From an uncultured Thermodesulfobacteriota bacterium (GTDB lineage Bacteria > Desulfobacterota > Desulfarculia > G963662305), in assembly GCA_964634465.1 (NCBI GenBank), contig CAZWLY010000009.1, positions 80,397 through 144,396 of the forward strand: 64,000 bases of DNA. Direction: 5' to 3'. Both the position numbers and the translations under genes were made by a program. Below, one piece after another: positions 28,267-44,149 of the stretch. Under the pieces are notes generated by a model. That model was not told where the DNA came from. It did not search any database and was given only the letters and a program-made list of their open reading frames with translations. Position 1 is the first letter of the stretch. Every line of letters begins with the position of its first letter.

Positions 28267-28525
28267 TCCCTTCCCTCCAGGTCTCGGTGAACTGTTGGCC
28301 GAGTCATGGCCGTCAGGAGGTTTAATGAATTTACGACCTTAGCGGTGTTTCAGTCTTAACCAGAGCGCCGGTCTGTGTCAAGACATTTTTTCGGCCCCGC
28401 CCGTGGCAATAGGAAACAATTCTACTGAGTTAGAAGAAGGCAGGCGGCCACAAGTCGGTTGACAAGACCGCCCCTTGTGGGATACAACGGCAATTCATAT
28501 CCAATCGGATCAAGAGGTGAGTCAA

Positions 28526-29631
<1,106 letters not shown>

Positions 29632-29635
<4 letters not shown>

Positions 29636-30297
29636 AGGGACCGGTCATCACCATCGACGGTCCGGCCGGTGTGGGCAAATCGACGCTGGCCCAAGCCCTG
29701 GCCGAGGAACTGGGTTACACCCTGCTGGAGTCCGGGGCGCTCTACCGGGCGGTGGGGTTGGCCGCCCTGGAGAGAGGCATCGCCGCCGACGACGAGGCCG
29801 CGGCCGAGGCGCTGGTGGCCGGACTCGAGATCGAACTCTCGCCCGGGCCCAAGGACGGGCGGGTGTTTCTGTCCGGGGTGGATGTCACGGACAGGTTGAG
29901 GGAGGAGGCCGTGGGGAACATGGCCTCGGCCATCTCCAAGCTGGACGTGGTCAGGGAGGCGATGACCGATCTCCAGCGCCGCCTGGCCCGAGACGGCCGG
30001 GTGGTGGTCGAGGGCCGCGACGCCGGGACGGTCGTCTTTCCCCAGGCCGAGGTCAAGTTCTTTCTCGACGCCAGCCTGGCCGAACGGGCCCGGCGGCGGG
30101 TGGCTCAGTTGGCCGAAAAGGGGATCGAGGTCGATTACGCCCGCGTGGAGGCCGAGATGGCGGCTCGGGATGAGCAGGACTCGACGCGTTCCCTGGCTCC
30201 GCTCAGGCCGGCCGAGGGGGCGATCGTCATCGACACCACTTCGCTGTCCCCGGCCGAGGTGTTGGCCAGGATGATAAAAGAGGTTAGAAAAATTTAG
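29632..30297 (+). CDS. cmk: Cytidylate kinase
   Basis: 'ITIDGPAGVGKSTLAQALAEELG'. Confidence 0.9.
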
Positions 30298-30425
30298 GTC
30301 TTGGGCCGGGTGATCGCCCCGAAAGCCCTTGATCTTACGGCCCAAGCCTGATATTAATACGTGGTTTAATCCCGCCAGTGCGAGATTAAAAAGTCGTGTG
30401 GCAATTTTTGGAGGTAATTTAGGCC

Positions 30426-32414
30426 ATGACCGAGACCAACATCGACGAGACCCAGCTCCCTGGGGAGAACAACAACTCCACCGAGGCCGAGGAGGTTCGT
30501 TCCGCGACCGAAGGGGAGGAGACAAAGGAACAGCAGACTGAAGATCCAGGGGGGGTCGAGGTCCTGGCTGACAGCCAAGACGGGGCGTCGGATTCAACTG
30601 CTGAACAAGACGCCGAGGCCGCTTTTGAACCGGCGACCGAAACCGAGACGGCAGCGAGCGAAGAGACTGCCGAGGCCGAAAAGGCCGAGGAAGACGATAC
30701 TGAAGACGAAGATGATACCGAAGGCGAGGGGGGCGAGGAGGCCAGCTTCGCCGATCTGTTCGAGGAATCGCTGGAGCGTATTCAGGAGGGTTCGGTCGTC
30801 TCCGGCGTGGTCGTCCAGGTGACCAGCGACTACGTGGTCGTCGACGTCGGCGCCAAGTCGGAGGGACAGATACCGATCCACGAGTTCGCGACCGACGGCG
30901 CCGAGCCGGTCATCAACGTGGGCGACACCGTAGAGGTCCTCCTGGAGTCCAGCGAGGACGACGAGGGCGGCATCAGGCTCAGCCGGTCCAAGGCGGCCCG
31001 GATCAAGGTCTGGGAGAAGATCGCCCAGGCTTACAAGGAAGGCGAGACCATCAGCGGCACCATCTCCTCCCGGGTCAAGGGCGGCCTGCAGGTGGACGTG
31101 GGCGTGCCCGCGTTCCTGCCCGGCTCCCAGATCGACCTTCGGCCGGTCAGGGACATGGAGAGCCTCATCGGCCAGACCTTCGACTTCAAGGTGCTCAAGT
31201 ATTCCAAGAAGCGCTCCAACGTCGTTCTCTCCCGCCGGGTCCTTCTGGAAGAGGAGCGGGAGGCCAAGAAGGCCGAGCTGTTGAAGGTGCTGGAAGAGGG
31301 CGCCGTGTTGGAGGGCGTGGTCAAGAACATCACCGACTACGGCGTCTTTATAGATCTGGGCGGCATGGACGGCCTGCTTCACATCACCGACATCTCCTGG
31401 GGCCGGGTCGGCCATCCGTCGGAGCGGTTTTCGATCGGCGACAAGGTCACGGTCAAGGTCTTGAACTTCGACCGCGAGCGGGAGCGGGTCTCGCTGGGCA
31501 TGAAGCAGCTCAAGCCCGATCCGTGGGAGAGCGTCCTCGAGCGCTACCCGGTGGCCAGCCGGGTCGAGGGCAAGGTCGTTTCGCTGACCGACTACGGCGC
31601 CTTCGTCGAGGTCGAGGAGGGCGTCGAGGGCCTGGTCCATGTCTCCGAGATGAGCTGGACCCGCAAGATTCGCCACCCCTCCAAGGTGGTCCAGGTCGGC
31701 GACGAGGTCGAGGTGGTCGTGCTCAACGTCGACCCGGAACGCAAGCGGATCAGCCTGGGCATAAAGCAGACCGTGCCCGATCCCTGGGAGACCATCGACG
31801 AACGCTATCCGGTCGGTACGACCATCGAGGGGCGGATCAAGAACGTAACCGACTTCGGCGTCTTCATCGGCATCGAGGACGGGATCGACGGCCTGGTCCA
31901 CATCTCGGATCTTAGCTGGTCCAAGCGGGTCAAGCACCCCAGCGACCTCTACTCCAAGGGCGACGTGGTCAAGGCGGTCGTGCTCAACATCGACAAGGAA
32001 AACCGCCGCTTCTCCCTGGGCATCAAGCAGGCCCAGATCGACCCCTGGGAGAGCGTGGCCGAGCGTTATCCGGTCGGCTCGGTGGTCGAGGGCGAGGTGA
32101 CCAACATCACCGACTTTGGCGTCTTCGTCGAGATCGAACCGGGCGTCGAGGGGCTGATCCACATCTCGGAGATCGCCAAGGAGAAGATCGACTCTCCGGC
32201 CGAGAAGTTCGAAGTCGGGGAGAAGGTTTCGTCCAAGGTGGTTCACCTGTCCCCGACCGATCGTCGGATCGGCTTGTCCATCCGCCGGTTGGAGGAGGAT
32301 GTCGAAGAGGGATCCTATCAGGATTACCTGCGCTCGCGCCAGCAGGAGGCGACCTCCAATCTGGGCGAGCTGATAATGAGCCAGCTCAACGAGAAGAACC
32401 AAGAACAACCGTAG
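30426..32414 (+). CDS. rpsA: 30S ribosomal protein S1 with an acidic N-terminal extension of about 110 aa
   Basis: Six S1 domains are present. The GGAGG RBS sits ahead of the ATG at 30426. Confidence 0.9.
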   Translation: MTETNIDETQLPGENNNSTEAEEVRSATEGEETKEQQTEDPGGVEVLADSQDGASDSTAEQDAEAAFEPATETETAASEETAEAEKAEEDDTEDEDDTEGEGGEEASFADLFEESLERIQEGSVVSGVVVQVTSDYVVVDVGAKSEGQIPIHEFATDGAEPVINVGDTVEVLLESSEDDEGGIRLSRSKAARIKVWEKIAQAYKEGETISGTISSRVKGGLQVDVGVPAFLPGSQIDLRPVRDMESLIGQTFDFKVLKYSKKRSNVVLSRRVLLEEEREAKKAELLKVLEEGAVLEGVVKNITDYGVFIDLGGMDGLLHITDISWGRVGHPSERFSIGDKVTVKVLNFDRERERVSLGMKQLKPDPWESVLERYPVASRVEGKVVSLTDYGAFVEVEEGVEGLVHVSEMSWTRKIRHPSKVVQVGDEVEVVVLNVDPERKRISLGIKQTVPDPWETIDERYPVGTTIEGRIKNVTDFGVFIGIEDGIDGLVHISDLSWSKRVKHPSDLYSKGDVVKAVVLNIDKENRRFSLGIKQAQIDPWESVAERYPVGSVVEGEVTNITDFGVFVEIEPGVEGLIHISEIAKEKIDSPAEKFEVGEKVSSKVVHLSPTDRRIGLSIRRLEEDVEEGSYQDYLRSRQQEATSNLGELIMSQLNEKNQEQP

Positions 32415-32420
32415 GCGTTT

Positions 32421-33290
32421 ATGCCGAAAAGGCCGGTCCAAATCAGTCTGTGGTGGCTGGGCGGGCTGGCTTGCACTTTGATAATCATTCTGCTGGCGGC
32501 GATGAACCTCGCCGCCGGCGGTTTGACCGCCTCGGCCAAGGTCGGCGTCGTCGAGGTGACCGGCCTGCTCAGCCGGCCCGAGCGGACGGTCGAGCAACTG
32601 GTCGAGTTCGCCCGGGACGATTCGATCAAGGCGATCATCGTCCGCATCGACTCGCCGGGCGGGGGGGTGGCGGCGGCCCAGGAGATCCACCGCGAGGTGG
32701 TCCGGGCCAGGGCCAAGAAGAAGGTCGTGGCCTCTCTGGGCGGGGTGGCCGCGTCGGGCGGCTACTACATCGCCGTCGGCGCCGACAGGATCGTGGCCAA
32801 CCCCGGCACCACCACCGGCTCCATCGGCGTCATCGTCGAGATGGGCAATATCGAGGAGCTGCTGGACAAGATCGGGGTGCGGTTTTTCAGCCTCAAGTCC
32901 GGACGGTTCAAGGACGCCGGATCGCCGGCCAGGCCTCTGACCGACGAGGACCGGGCCATGATCCAGGCCGTGATCGACGACATGCACGGCCAGTTCGTGG
33001 CCGCCGTGGCCGAAGGACGGAACCTGGCTCCGGACAAGGTCCGGGCCATCGCCGACGGACGGATTCTGTCCGGCCGCCAGGCGCTCGATTTGGGCCTGGT
33101 GGATGAGTTGGGAAACTTCAGGGACGCCGTCGCCCTGGCCGGAAAGCTGGGCGGCATCGAGGGCGATCCCGAGGTGGTCTATGCCGGCCGGGAGAGGCCC
33201 GGCCTGCTGGCGGAGTTGATCAGAGACGCCTTTGAAGAAGCGGCGTCCATGTTGGGCCTTGTGGGCCCCAGAATTTTCTATCGACCGTAG
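32421..33290 (+). CDS. sppA: Signal peptide peptidase SppA (36K type)
   Basis: ClpP/crotonase-fold motifs 'IVRIDSPGGGVAAAQEI' and 'GGVAASGGYYIA'. Confidence 0.8.
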   Translation: MPKRPVQISLWWLGGLACTLIIILLAAMNLAAGGLTASAKVGVVEVTGLLSRPERTVEQLVEFARDDSIKAIIVRIDSPGGGVAAAQEIHREVVRARAKKKVVASLGGVAASGGYYIAVGADRIVANPGTTTGSIGVIVEMGNIEELLDKIGVRFFSLKSGRFKDAGSPARPLTDEDRAMIQAVIDDMHGQFVAAVAEGRNLAPDKVRAIADGRILSGRQALDLGLVDELGNFRDAVALAGKLGGIEGDPEVVYAGRERPGLLAELIRDAFEEAASMLGLVGPRIFYRP

Positions 33291-33296
33291 GTAGCC

Positions 33297-33575
33297 GTGG
33301 TAAAGAGTGAATTGATTTCCCGTTTGGTGGCCGAGCATCCCCATCTCCCCAAGGCCGACGTGACGGAGATGGTGGAGCGAGTTTTTGAGATGATCTCCGA
33401 ATCCCTCGTCCAAGGCGAGCGGGTCGAGGTGCGCGGTTTGGGCACCTTCCACCTGGGCTCCCGAGCTTCCAGAAGGATGGTCGACCCCCGTTCGGGCCGG
33501 GAGAGAAACCTGCCCGCGCGCAAGACCGTGCTGTTTAAGCCGGGGGCGTGGTTCAAAAACGGCCGGAGGGGATAG
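33297..33575 (+). CDS. ihfB: Integration host factor beta-like protein (divergent beta-arm)
   Basis: 'MVKSELISRLV...GERVEVRGLGTFHL...VLFKPGAWFKN'. It sits at the rpsA-ihfB position. The arm lacks the canonical RNPKTG. Confidence 0.65.
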   Translation: MVKSELISRLVAEHPHLPKADVTEMVERVFEMISESLVQGERVEVRGLGTFHLGSRASRRMVDPRSGRERNLPARKTVLFKPGAWFKNGRRG

Positions 33576-33589
33576 CTCTCCTATCCGGG

Positions 33590-34207
33590 CTAGGCCGCCT
33601 CTTCAAAGATCGACACATCGCCCTTGCCTCGCCGGATGATCTCCGGGACGTCGTCGACCAGCGAGATGACCGAGGAGGGCTCCATGGACTGGGGGCCTCC
33701 GTCCAGGACCAGATCTACCAGGCGGCCCAGTTCGTCGTGAATCAGTCCGGCGTCAGCCAAGATGTCCTGGTCTTCCAGTCCGGCCGAGGTGGAGATGATC
33801 GGGTTGCCCAGCGCCTCGGCCAGACTCAAGGCCACCGGGCTGGCCGGCACCCGAATGCCGACCTGCTTGCGGTTGGAGAGCATCATCTTGGGCACCAGCC
33901 TGGTCCCCTTTAAGATGAAAGTGTAGGGCCCGGGCAGGAGCCGGCGCATCGTCTTGTAGGCGTAGTTGGTGACGATGGCCCAGCGGGAGATGTCCTTCAG
34001 ATCGGCGCAGATGAACGAGAACGGCTTGGTTTTGGGTCGCCGTTTTATCTGATATATCCGCTCGATGGCCTTCTTGTTCATCAAGTCGCAGCCGATGCCG
34101 TAGAAGGTGTCGGTGGGATAGATTATCACCCCGCCTCGCCTGAGGATATCGACCGCCTGCCCGATCTTGCGGGGTTGGGGATGGTCTGGGTTGACTTGGA
34201 GCAACAT
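33590..34207 (-). CDS. tsaC: L-threonylcarbamoyladenylate synthase, TsaC/YrdC family
   Basis: 'IIYPTDTFYGIGCDL...KRRPKTKPFSFI' is the YrdC signature. I used the internal Met start, since the track ORF is over-extended. Confidence 0.75.
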   Translation of the reverse strand: MLLQVNPDHPQPRKIGQAVDILRRGGVIIYPTDTFYGIGCDLMNKKAIERIYQIKRRPKTKPFSFICADLKDISRWAIVTNYAYKTMRRLLPGPYTFILKGTRLVPKMMLSNRKQVGIRVPASPVALSLAEALGNPIISTSAGLEDQDILADAGLIHDELGRLVDLVLDGGPQSMEPSSVISLVDDVPEIIRRGKGDVSIFEEAA

Positions 34208-34300
34208 TCCCGGTTGATAACCCGTCCCGGCCTCACTTGTCAACACCCGGCCGCTCTTGCCAATCGGGACCGGTTGTGATTTCATGTCTTCGAAACAGCC

Positions 34301-35974
34301 ATGCTCGCCCATTTGTCCATCACCAATCTGGCCATCATCGACGGCCTGGAGGTCTCCTTCGGCCAGGGGCTCAACGTCCTCTCCGGCGAGACCGGCGCCG
34401 GCAAGTCGATCATCCTGAGCGCCGTCGGCTTGCTGATGGGCGGCCGGGCCCAGGCCGAGTCGGTGCGCGACGGCGCCGATGAGGCCGTGGTGGAGGGGCT
34501 GTTCGAGCTCGGCCGGGCCGGGGAGTTGGCCGAGGTCCTGGCCCGTCACGGCATCGCCGTCGAGGACGGCCAATTGATCCTCCGCCGGGTGGTCTCCGCC
34601 GCCGGCCGGAGCCGGGCTTACGTCAACGGCCGCCTGGTCAACCTGTCGGTGCTGGCCGAGATCGGCTCGCGGATGCTGTCCATCTCCGGCCAGCACGAAA
34701 GCCAACGGCTTCTCAAAGAGGCGGAGCACGTCCTGCTCTTGGACGGCTACGCCGGGTTGGAGGGGATGAGGGCCGAGGTGGCCTCGGCTCACGCCAGGCT
34801 GGCCGAGATCGAGGCCGAGCTGAATCGGCTGAAAGCCCAGGAGGCGGACCGGGAGAGCCGGGTCGAGCTCCTGACCTTCCAGTTGGACGAACTCGACCGG
34901 GCCGAGCTCGTCGCCGGCGAGGACGAGGAACTCGCCGCCGAGGCGAACCGCCTGCGCCACGCCCAGGCCTTGGCCCAGGGGGCGGAGTCGATCCACCAGG
35001 CTCTCTACGCGGCCGACGGCTCGGCGGTCGAGGTCATCGGCCGGGCCAGGTCCGAACTGTCCCGCCTGGTCGGGCTGGACGCCGGGCTTGCGCCCCTCCT
35101 GGAGCGTCTCGAAGAGGCCGGCTACCTTCTGGAAGACGTCGGCCGGGAGCTTTCCGACTACGCCCGCTCGGTCATCTTCGATCCCGCCCGCCAGGCCGAG
35201 GTGGAGGAGCGTCTGGCCCTCATCCGCCGGCTGATTCGCAAGTACGCCCCGGAATCGGGCCTGGCCGGCGTGCTCGACCGGGCCGAGACGATGGCCGAGG
35301 AGCTGGCCGCCCTTCAAACGGCCGATCAGCGCCTGGCCGGTCTGGAGGCCGACCGGGCCGAGGCCGAGGCCGAGCTCAAAGCCAGGGCGGCCGAGTTGAC
35401 CGGGCGGCGCCGAGAGGCGGCCGCTCGGCTCAAGGCGGCGGTGGAGAGCGAACTGGCCGGCCTGTCCCTGGAGGGAGCCCGCTTCGAGGCGGCGGTCGAG
35501 GAGCGCGACGGGCCGATCGGGCCTGACGGGGCCGATGTGGTGACGTTCTATTTATCGACCAACCCCGGCGAGCCGCTCAGGCCGCTGGCCAAGGTCGCCT
35601 CGGGCGGCGAGCTGTCGCGGGTGACGTTGGCCTTGAAGTCGATCCTGGCCCGGGAGAGCGAGGTGGAGACGGTCATCTTCGACGAGGTGGACGCCGGCAT
35701 CGGCGGCCGGGTGGCCGAGGTGGTCGGCCGCAAGCTTCGCGCGCTCTCCGAGCGGCACCAGGTCCTGTGCATCACCCATTTGCCCCAGATCGCCGCTTGG
35801 GGCCAGACTCACCTCAAGGTGGTCAAGGAGACTCTCGCCGGCCGAACCGCCTCGCGGATCGAACCCTTGACCGCCGACGGCCGAGTGGCCGAGATCGCCC
35901 GGATGCTGGCCGGAGTGCAGTTGACCGACAAGGCCCTGGCCCACGCCAAGGAGATGCTGGCCGCGGCCGATTGA
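34301..35974 (+). CDS. recN: DNA repair protein RecN
   Basis: 'ITNLAIIDGLEVSFGQGLNVLSGETGAGKSII' plus coiled coil plus 'ASGGELSRVTLAL'. Confidence 0.9.
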   Translation: MLAHLSITNLAIIDGLEVSFGQGLNVLSGETGAGKSIILSAVGLLMGGRAQAESVRDGADEAVVEGLFELGRAGELAEVLARHGIAVEDGQLILRRVVSAAGRSRAYVNGRLVNLSVLAEIGSRMLSISGQHESQRLLKEAEHVLLLDGYAGLEGMRAEVASAHARLAEIEAELNRLKAQEADRESRVELLTFQLDELDRAELVAGEDEELAAEANRLRHAQALAQGAESIHQALYAADGSAVEVIGRARSELSRLVGLDAGLAPLLERLEEAGYLLEDVGRELSDYARSVIFDPARQAEVEERLALIRRLIRKYAPESGLAGVLDRAETMAEELAALQTADQRLAGLEADRAEAEAELKARAAELTGRRREAAARLKAAVESELAGLSLEGARFEAAVEERDGPIGPDGADVVTFYLSTNPGEPLRPLAKVASGGELSRVTLALKSILARESEVETVIFDEVDAGIGGRVAEVVGRKLRALSERHQVLCITHLPQIAAWGQTHLKVVKETLAGRTASRIEPLTADGRVAEIARMLAGVQLTDKALAHAKEMLAAAD

Positions 35975-35991
35975 ATCGCAGGGAGGACGAA

Positions 35992-37050
35992 GTGTCCTAC
36001 ATCTACCAAGAGATTCTCACCGAGCTCGAGGCCGACCGTCCGGTCGTCCTGGCCACCGTGGTCCGCCGGCGCGGTTCAGCCCCGAGAGGGTTGGGGACGA
36101 AGATGCTTCTCAAACACGACCGGGCCGCCTCAGGCACGATCGGCGGCGGCTGCCTGGAGGCCCAGACGCTGGACGATGCGGCCAAGGTGTTCGTCTCCCG
36201 CCGGGCTCGGATGGTCGAGTTCGACCTGATGGGCGACGAGGCGGCCGCGACCGGCATGATCTGCGGCGGGATGGTCGATGTCTACCTCGAGTACTTCTCT
36301 CCGGGCGACGCCGTCGCCCTGGAGGACCTCCGGCGACTGACCGAGATGTCCCACCGGGGCGAGCCGGCCGCGGTGGCCGTCACCATAGATCTGGATCGCT
36401 CCCGGGGACGGCGCTTCATCTGGCGGCTGGATACGGCGGCGGCCTGGCCCGAGGGCGAGTGGCCGGCCGAGATCGCCGACTACCGGGCCAAGACCGCCGA
36501 GCGGAGCTCGATCAGGCCCCGAAACTTGGGCTCTTTCTACGTGGAGCCGGTCAGGGCCGCGCCCACGGTCTACATCTTCGGCGGCGGCCACGTCTCGGCC
36601 CAGATCGCGCCGCTGGCGGCGATGGTCGATTTCCGGGTGGTGGTCATCGACGACCGGGCCGAGTTCGCCGATCCGGAGCGTTTCCCCTCGGCCGACGAGG
36701 TCCGCCGGGCCGACTTCGAGACCGTCGTCGACGAGCTCGACCTGGGGCCGGCCGCCTACCTGGTCATCGTCACCCGGGGGCACGAGTGGGACCACCTGAT
36801 TCTGGAGAAGACGCTTCGGAAACCGACGGCCTATATCGGCATGATCGGCTCTCGCCGCAAGCGGGACTTGATCTACCAGGACCTGCTCGGCAAGGGCTTC
36901 ACCAGGGAGGACCTGGACCGGGTCCACTCGCCCATCGGGCTGGACATCAAGGCCGAGACGCCGGAAGAGATCGCCGTGTCCATCGTGGCTGAGCTGATCC
37001 AGACCCGGGCCGAGAAAACCGGCAGTCCGTTCAAGACCTGGCAGGTTTAG
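35992..37050 (+). CDS. XdhC/CoxI family accessory protein (Rossmann-like)
   Basis: 'VYIFGGGHVSAQIAPLAAMVDFRVVVIDDR' is XdhC C-terminal-like. GTG start after GGGAGGA. Confidence 0.7.
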   Translation: MSYIYQEILTELEADRPVVLATVVRRRGSAPRGLGTKMLLKHDRAASGTIGGGCLEAQTLDDAAKVFVSRRARMVEFDLMGDEAAATGMICGGMVDVYLEYFSPGDAVALEDLRRLTEMSHRGEPAAVAVTIDLDRSRGRRFIWRLDTAAAWPEGEWPAEIADYRAKTAERSSIRPRNLGSFYVEPVRAAPTVYIFGGGHVSAQIAPLAAMVDFRVVVIDDRAEFADPERFPSADEVRRADFETVVDELDLGPAAYLVIVTRGHEWDHLILEKTLRKPTAYIGMIGSRRKRDLIYQDLLGKGFTREDLDRVHSPIGLDIKAETPEEIAVSIVAELIQTRAEKTGSPFKTWQV

Positions 37051-37249
37051 GCGCGAATCGGCAAAGACAGGCGTCGGCCGCTGGGCGATTCGCCGGCCGA
37101 ATAACGGCGGCCGACCGAACCCGGAAAAATCGAAGGGCGCGAGCTCCGAGGGCCGAAAGTCGGCCTGCCGGTTGGTCCTCTCGGTGACCTTGGCCGGTCG
37201 CATTGCGGCCCGAAGGCTTATCCTTCCCGAAAAGGCCCGGGTTTGGTTT

Positions 37250-40657
<3,408 letters not shown>

Positions 40658-40667
40658 GGTCTAGAAG

Positions 40668-41399
40668 TTACTCCATCATGTCGGCTGCCTTCAAGAGGAT
40701 TCGGGCCGCGTTTTCCCTGGCCTTTTCAAGCCGTCTGGAGCCGAAAGCCGGCCGCCAGGACGAGCCGTGGACCTCGTCGCTGACCAGGAGCAATCCGGCC
40801 GCCCTTTTGCCCCGGAACCGGGCCACGGCGTAAAGGGCCGCCGTCTCCATCTCCACGGCCCAGACGCCCTCGGCGGCGTAACCGGCCGCCTTGGCCGGCG
40901 TCTCGCGGTAGATGGCGTCCGTGGTCCAGACCGGCCCCTGGATGATCTCGAGACCCAACTCCCGGCCGGCCTCGATCAAGGCCGCGGCCATGGCCCGGTC
41001 GGCCTCGGCCCGGCCGGGGACCGGGTAGTGGGCCGAGGCGCCCTCCTCCGAGACCGCCCAAGCGGGTAGGATCAGGCTCCCGGCCGGGGCCTCGGGGGTG
41101 AGCGATCCGCACCAGCCGGTGAAGAAGAGCCGCTCCACCCCGAGCGCGAACAACTTCTCGGCCGCCATCACCGCCGCCGGCGCGCCCAGGGCCGGACCGG
41201 CCAGGGCCGGGCCGCCGTCGACGGTGTAGACCTGGAAGAAGTCCCTGACCGACGCCAGTTTCGGCTCGTTGGCCGCCTGGCGGCGCAGGAGGCCGAGATC
41301 GTGGGGCGTCATCGACAAGACGGCCGTCCGGCTCAAGACCGGGTCGTCGCGATGGGGGCGGGGGTCGATGATGGCTCGTTCCAGCTTCAGTTCAGTCAT
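40668..41399 (-). CDS. Nucleoside phosphorylase / MTA-SAH nucleosidase (PNP_UDP_1) family protein
   Basis: 'FTGWCGSL' and 'VEMETAALYAVA' are phosphorylase-family blocks. I used the internal Met start at 41399. Confidence 0.55.
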   Translation of the reverse strand: MTELKLERAIIDPRPHRDDPVLSRTAVLSMTPHDLGLLRRQAANEPKLASVRDFFQVYTVDGGPALAGPALGAPAAVMAAEKLFALGVERLFFTGWCGSLTPEAPAGSLILPAWAVSEEGASAHYPVPGRAEADRAMAAALIEAGRELGLEIIQGPVWTTDAIYRETPAKAAGYAAEGVWAVEMETAALYAVARFRGKRAAGLLLVSDEVHGSSWRPAFGSRRLEKARENAARILLKAADMME

Positions 41400-41487
41400 G
41401 GCCGGCAGGATAACACAACGGCCGGGAAAGGGAATCTGGAAATAGACCCTCGACGGCTTGGGGTTCGATGTGCTATTTACGGGCGAC

Positions 41488-42150
41488 ATGGGGGAGACAG
41501 CCGCTTCAAACTCGCCGCTTGCCCGCCGTTTGATCGTCGCCTGCGCCCTGGCCGCGGTCCTGTTCCTCGTCTCGATCGTCTGGGCCGACGAGTACGTCCG
41601 GCTCCACGGCGCGGCCGTGCGCGATTGGTTTCACACCCTGCCCCTGGCCGTCCAACTCGTCGTCCGCAACGGCCTGTGGTTGTTCTACCTGGCCTACGGC
41701 CTGACCTTTCTCTTCGCCATCTGGCGGCGGGGCTGGGACGGGGCCGAGCGCCGCATCCTGTGGGCGGCGATGACCTATCTGACCGCCCAGTTGTTGTTCT
41801 CTTTTTTGCTGGTGCGGGTGCTCAAAATCTCTCTCGGCGCGCCCCGGCCCGACGCCCCGGACCCGATCTGGCGGCCCTTCACCCTGGACAACGACCACCA
41901 CTCGTTTCCCTCGGGCCACTCGGCCGACGCCTTTGCCGGCTTCGGCGTCCTGGATCGCCTGGTCCGCTCGCCTTGGCTTCGCTGGGGCGGGCTGGTCTGG
42001 GCCGTCATCATCGCTCTCGGCCGGGTCGTCCAATACCAGCACTACCTCTCCGACGTGGTCGCCGGGGCTCTGATCGGCTATCTGGGGGCCCAGGCGGCGG
42101 CGGCGATCTGGGCCAGGAAGTTCGGCCCCAACCACCGTTCTTCCGCTTGA
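41488..42150 (+). CDS. PAP2 family phosphatase (membrane)
   Basis: 'KISLGAPRPD', 'PSGHS' and 'HYLSDVVAG' are the three PAP2 motifs. The start is ambiguous between TTG 41458, GTG 41470 and ATG 41488. Confidence 0.65.
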   Translation: MGETAASNSPLARRLIVACALAAVLFLVSIVWADEYVRLHGAAVRDWFHTLPLAVQLVVRNGLWLFYLAYGLTFLFAIWRRGWDGAERRILWAAMTYLTAQLLFSFLLVRVLKISLGAPRPDAPDPIWRPFTLDNDHHSFPSGHSADAFAGFGVLDRLVRSPWLRWGGLVWAVIIALGRVVQYQHYLSDVVAGALIGYLGAQAAAAIWARKFGPNHRSSA

Positions 42151-42228
42151 TTTTTACCCTGAATAGAGTTGACAGCGGCTATCGAAGTCTATAATATCGT
42201 CAGGCTTTTTGCCGGACGTAGGTGAGGT

Positions 42229-43563
<1,335 letters not shown>

Positions 43564-43625
43564 CAGTTTAATGTTTGCAAACCGCACAAGTTCACTTAGA
43601 ATATAGCTAAGTAGAGTGAGGAGCG

Positions 43626-43868
43626 ATGCCGGTAAAGATTCGACTGACTCGAAAGGGAGCCAAGAAGAGCCCGTTCTATCGGGTGGTGGTCGCCGATTCC
43701 GAGTCGCCCCGTGACGGGCGTTTCATCGAGATGATCGGGACCTATGATCCGCGGAAGGATCCGGCCGAGATCAAGATCGACAAGGAGCGTCTCGACCTGT
43801 GGTTGGCTCGGGGGGCCCAGCCCACGGACACCGTGCGCAGCCTGATCAAGAAAGCGGATCTCTCCTAG
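43626..43868 (+). CDS. rpsP: 30S ribosomal protein S16
   Basis: '[25 protein letters not shown]'. Confidence 0.9.
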   Translation: MPVKIRLTRKGAKKSPFYRVVVADSESPRDGRFIEMIGTYDPRKDPAEIKIDKERLDLWLARGAQPTDTVRSLIKKADLS

Positions 43869-43918
43869 TCGGCTCCCGCCCGGCTTGAGAACGCCGGGAA
43901 ACAGTGGAGGGGCAGGGT

Positions 43919-44149
43919 ATGAAGGATTTGATTAAGTACATCGCGCAGTCGCTGGTGGATCACCCTGAGTTCGTCGAGGTCAACGAGATCGAAGGAGAAC
44001 AGACGTCCGTCATCGAGCTGAGGGTCGCCAAGGAAGACCTGGGTAAGGTCATCGGCAAACAGGGCCGCACGGCTCGGGCGATGCGTACGATCCTCAACGC
44101 CTCCTCCACCAAGATGAAAAAACGGGCGGTACTGGAGATCATTGAGTAA
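43919..44149 (+). CDS. KH-domain RNA-binding protein (UPF0109/YlqC-like)
   Basis: '[18 protein letters not shown]' GxxG KH motif. The position between rpsP and rimM is conserved. Confidence 0.7.
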   Translation: MKDLIKYIAQSLVDHPEFVEVNEIEGEQTSVIELRVAKEDLGKVIGKQGRTARAMRTILNASSTKMKKRAVLEIIE

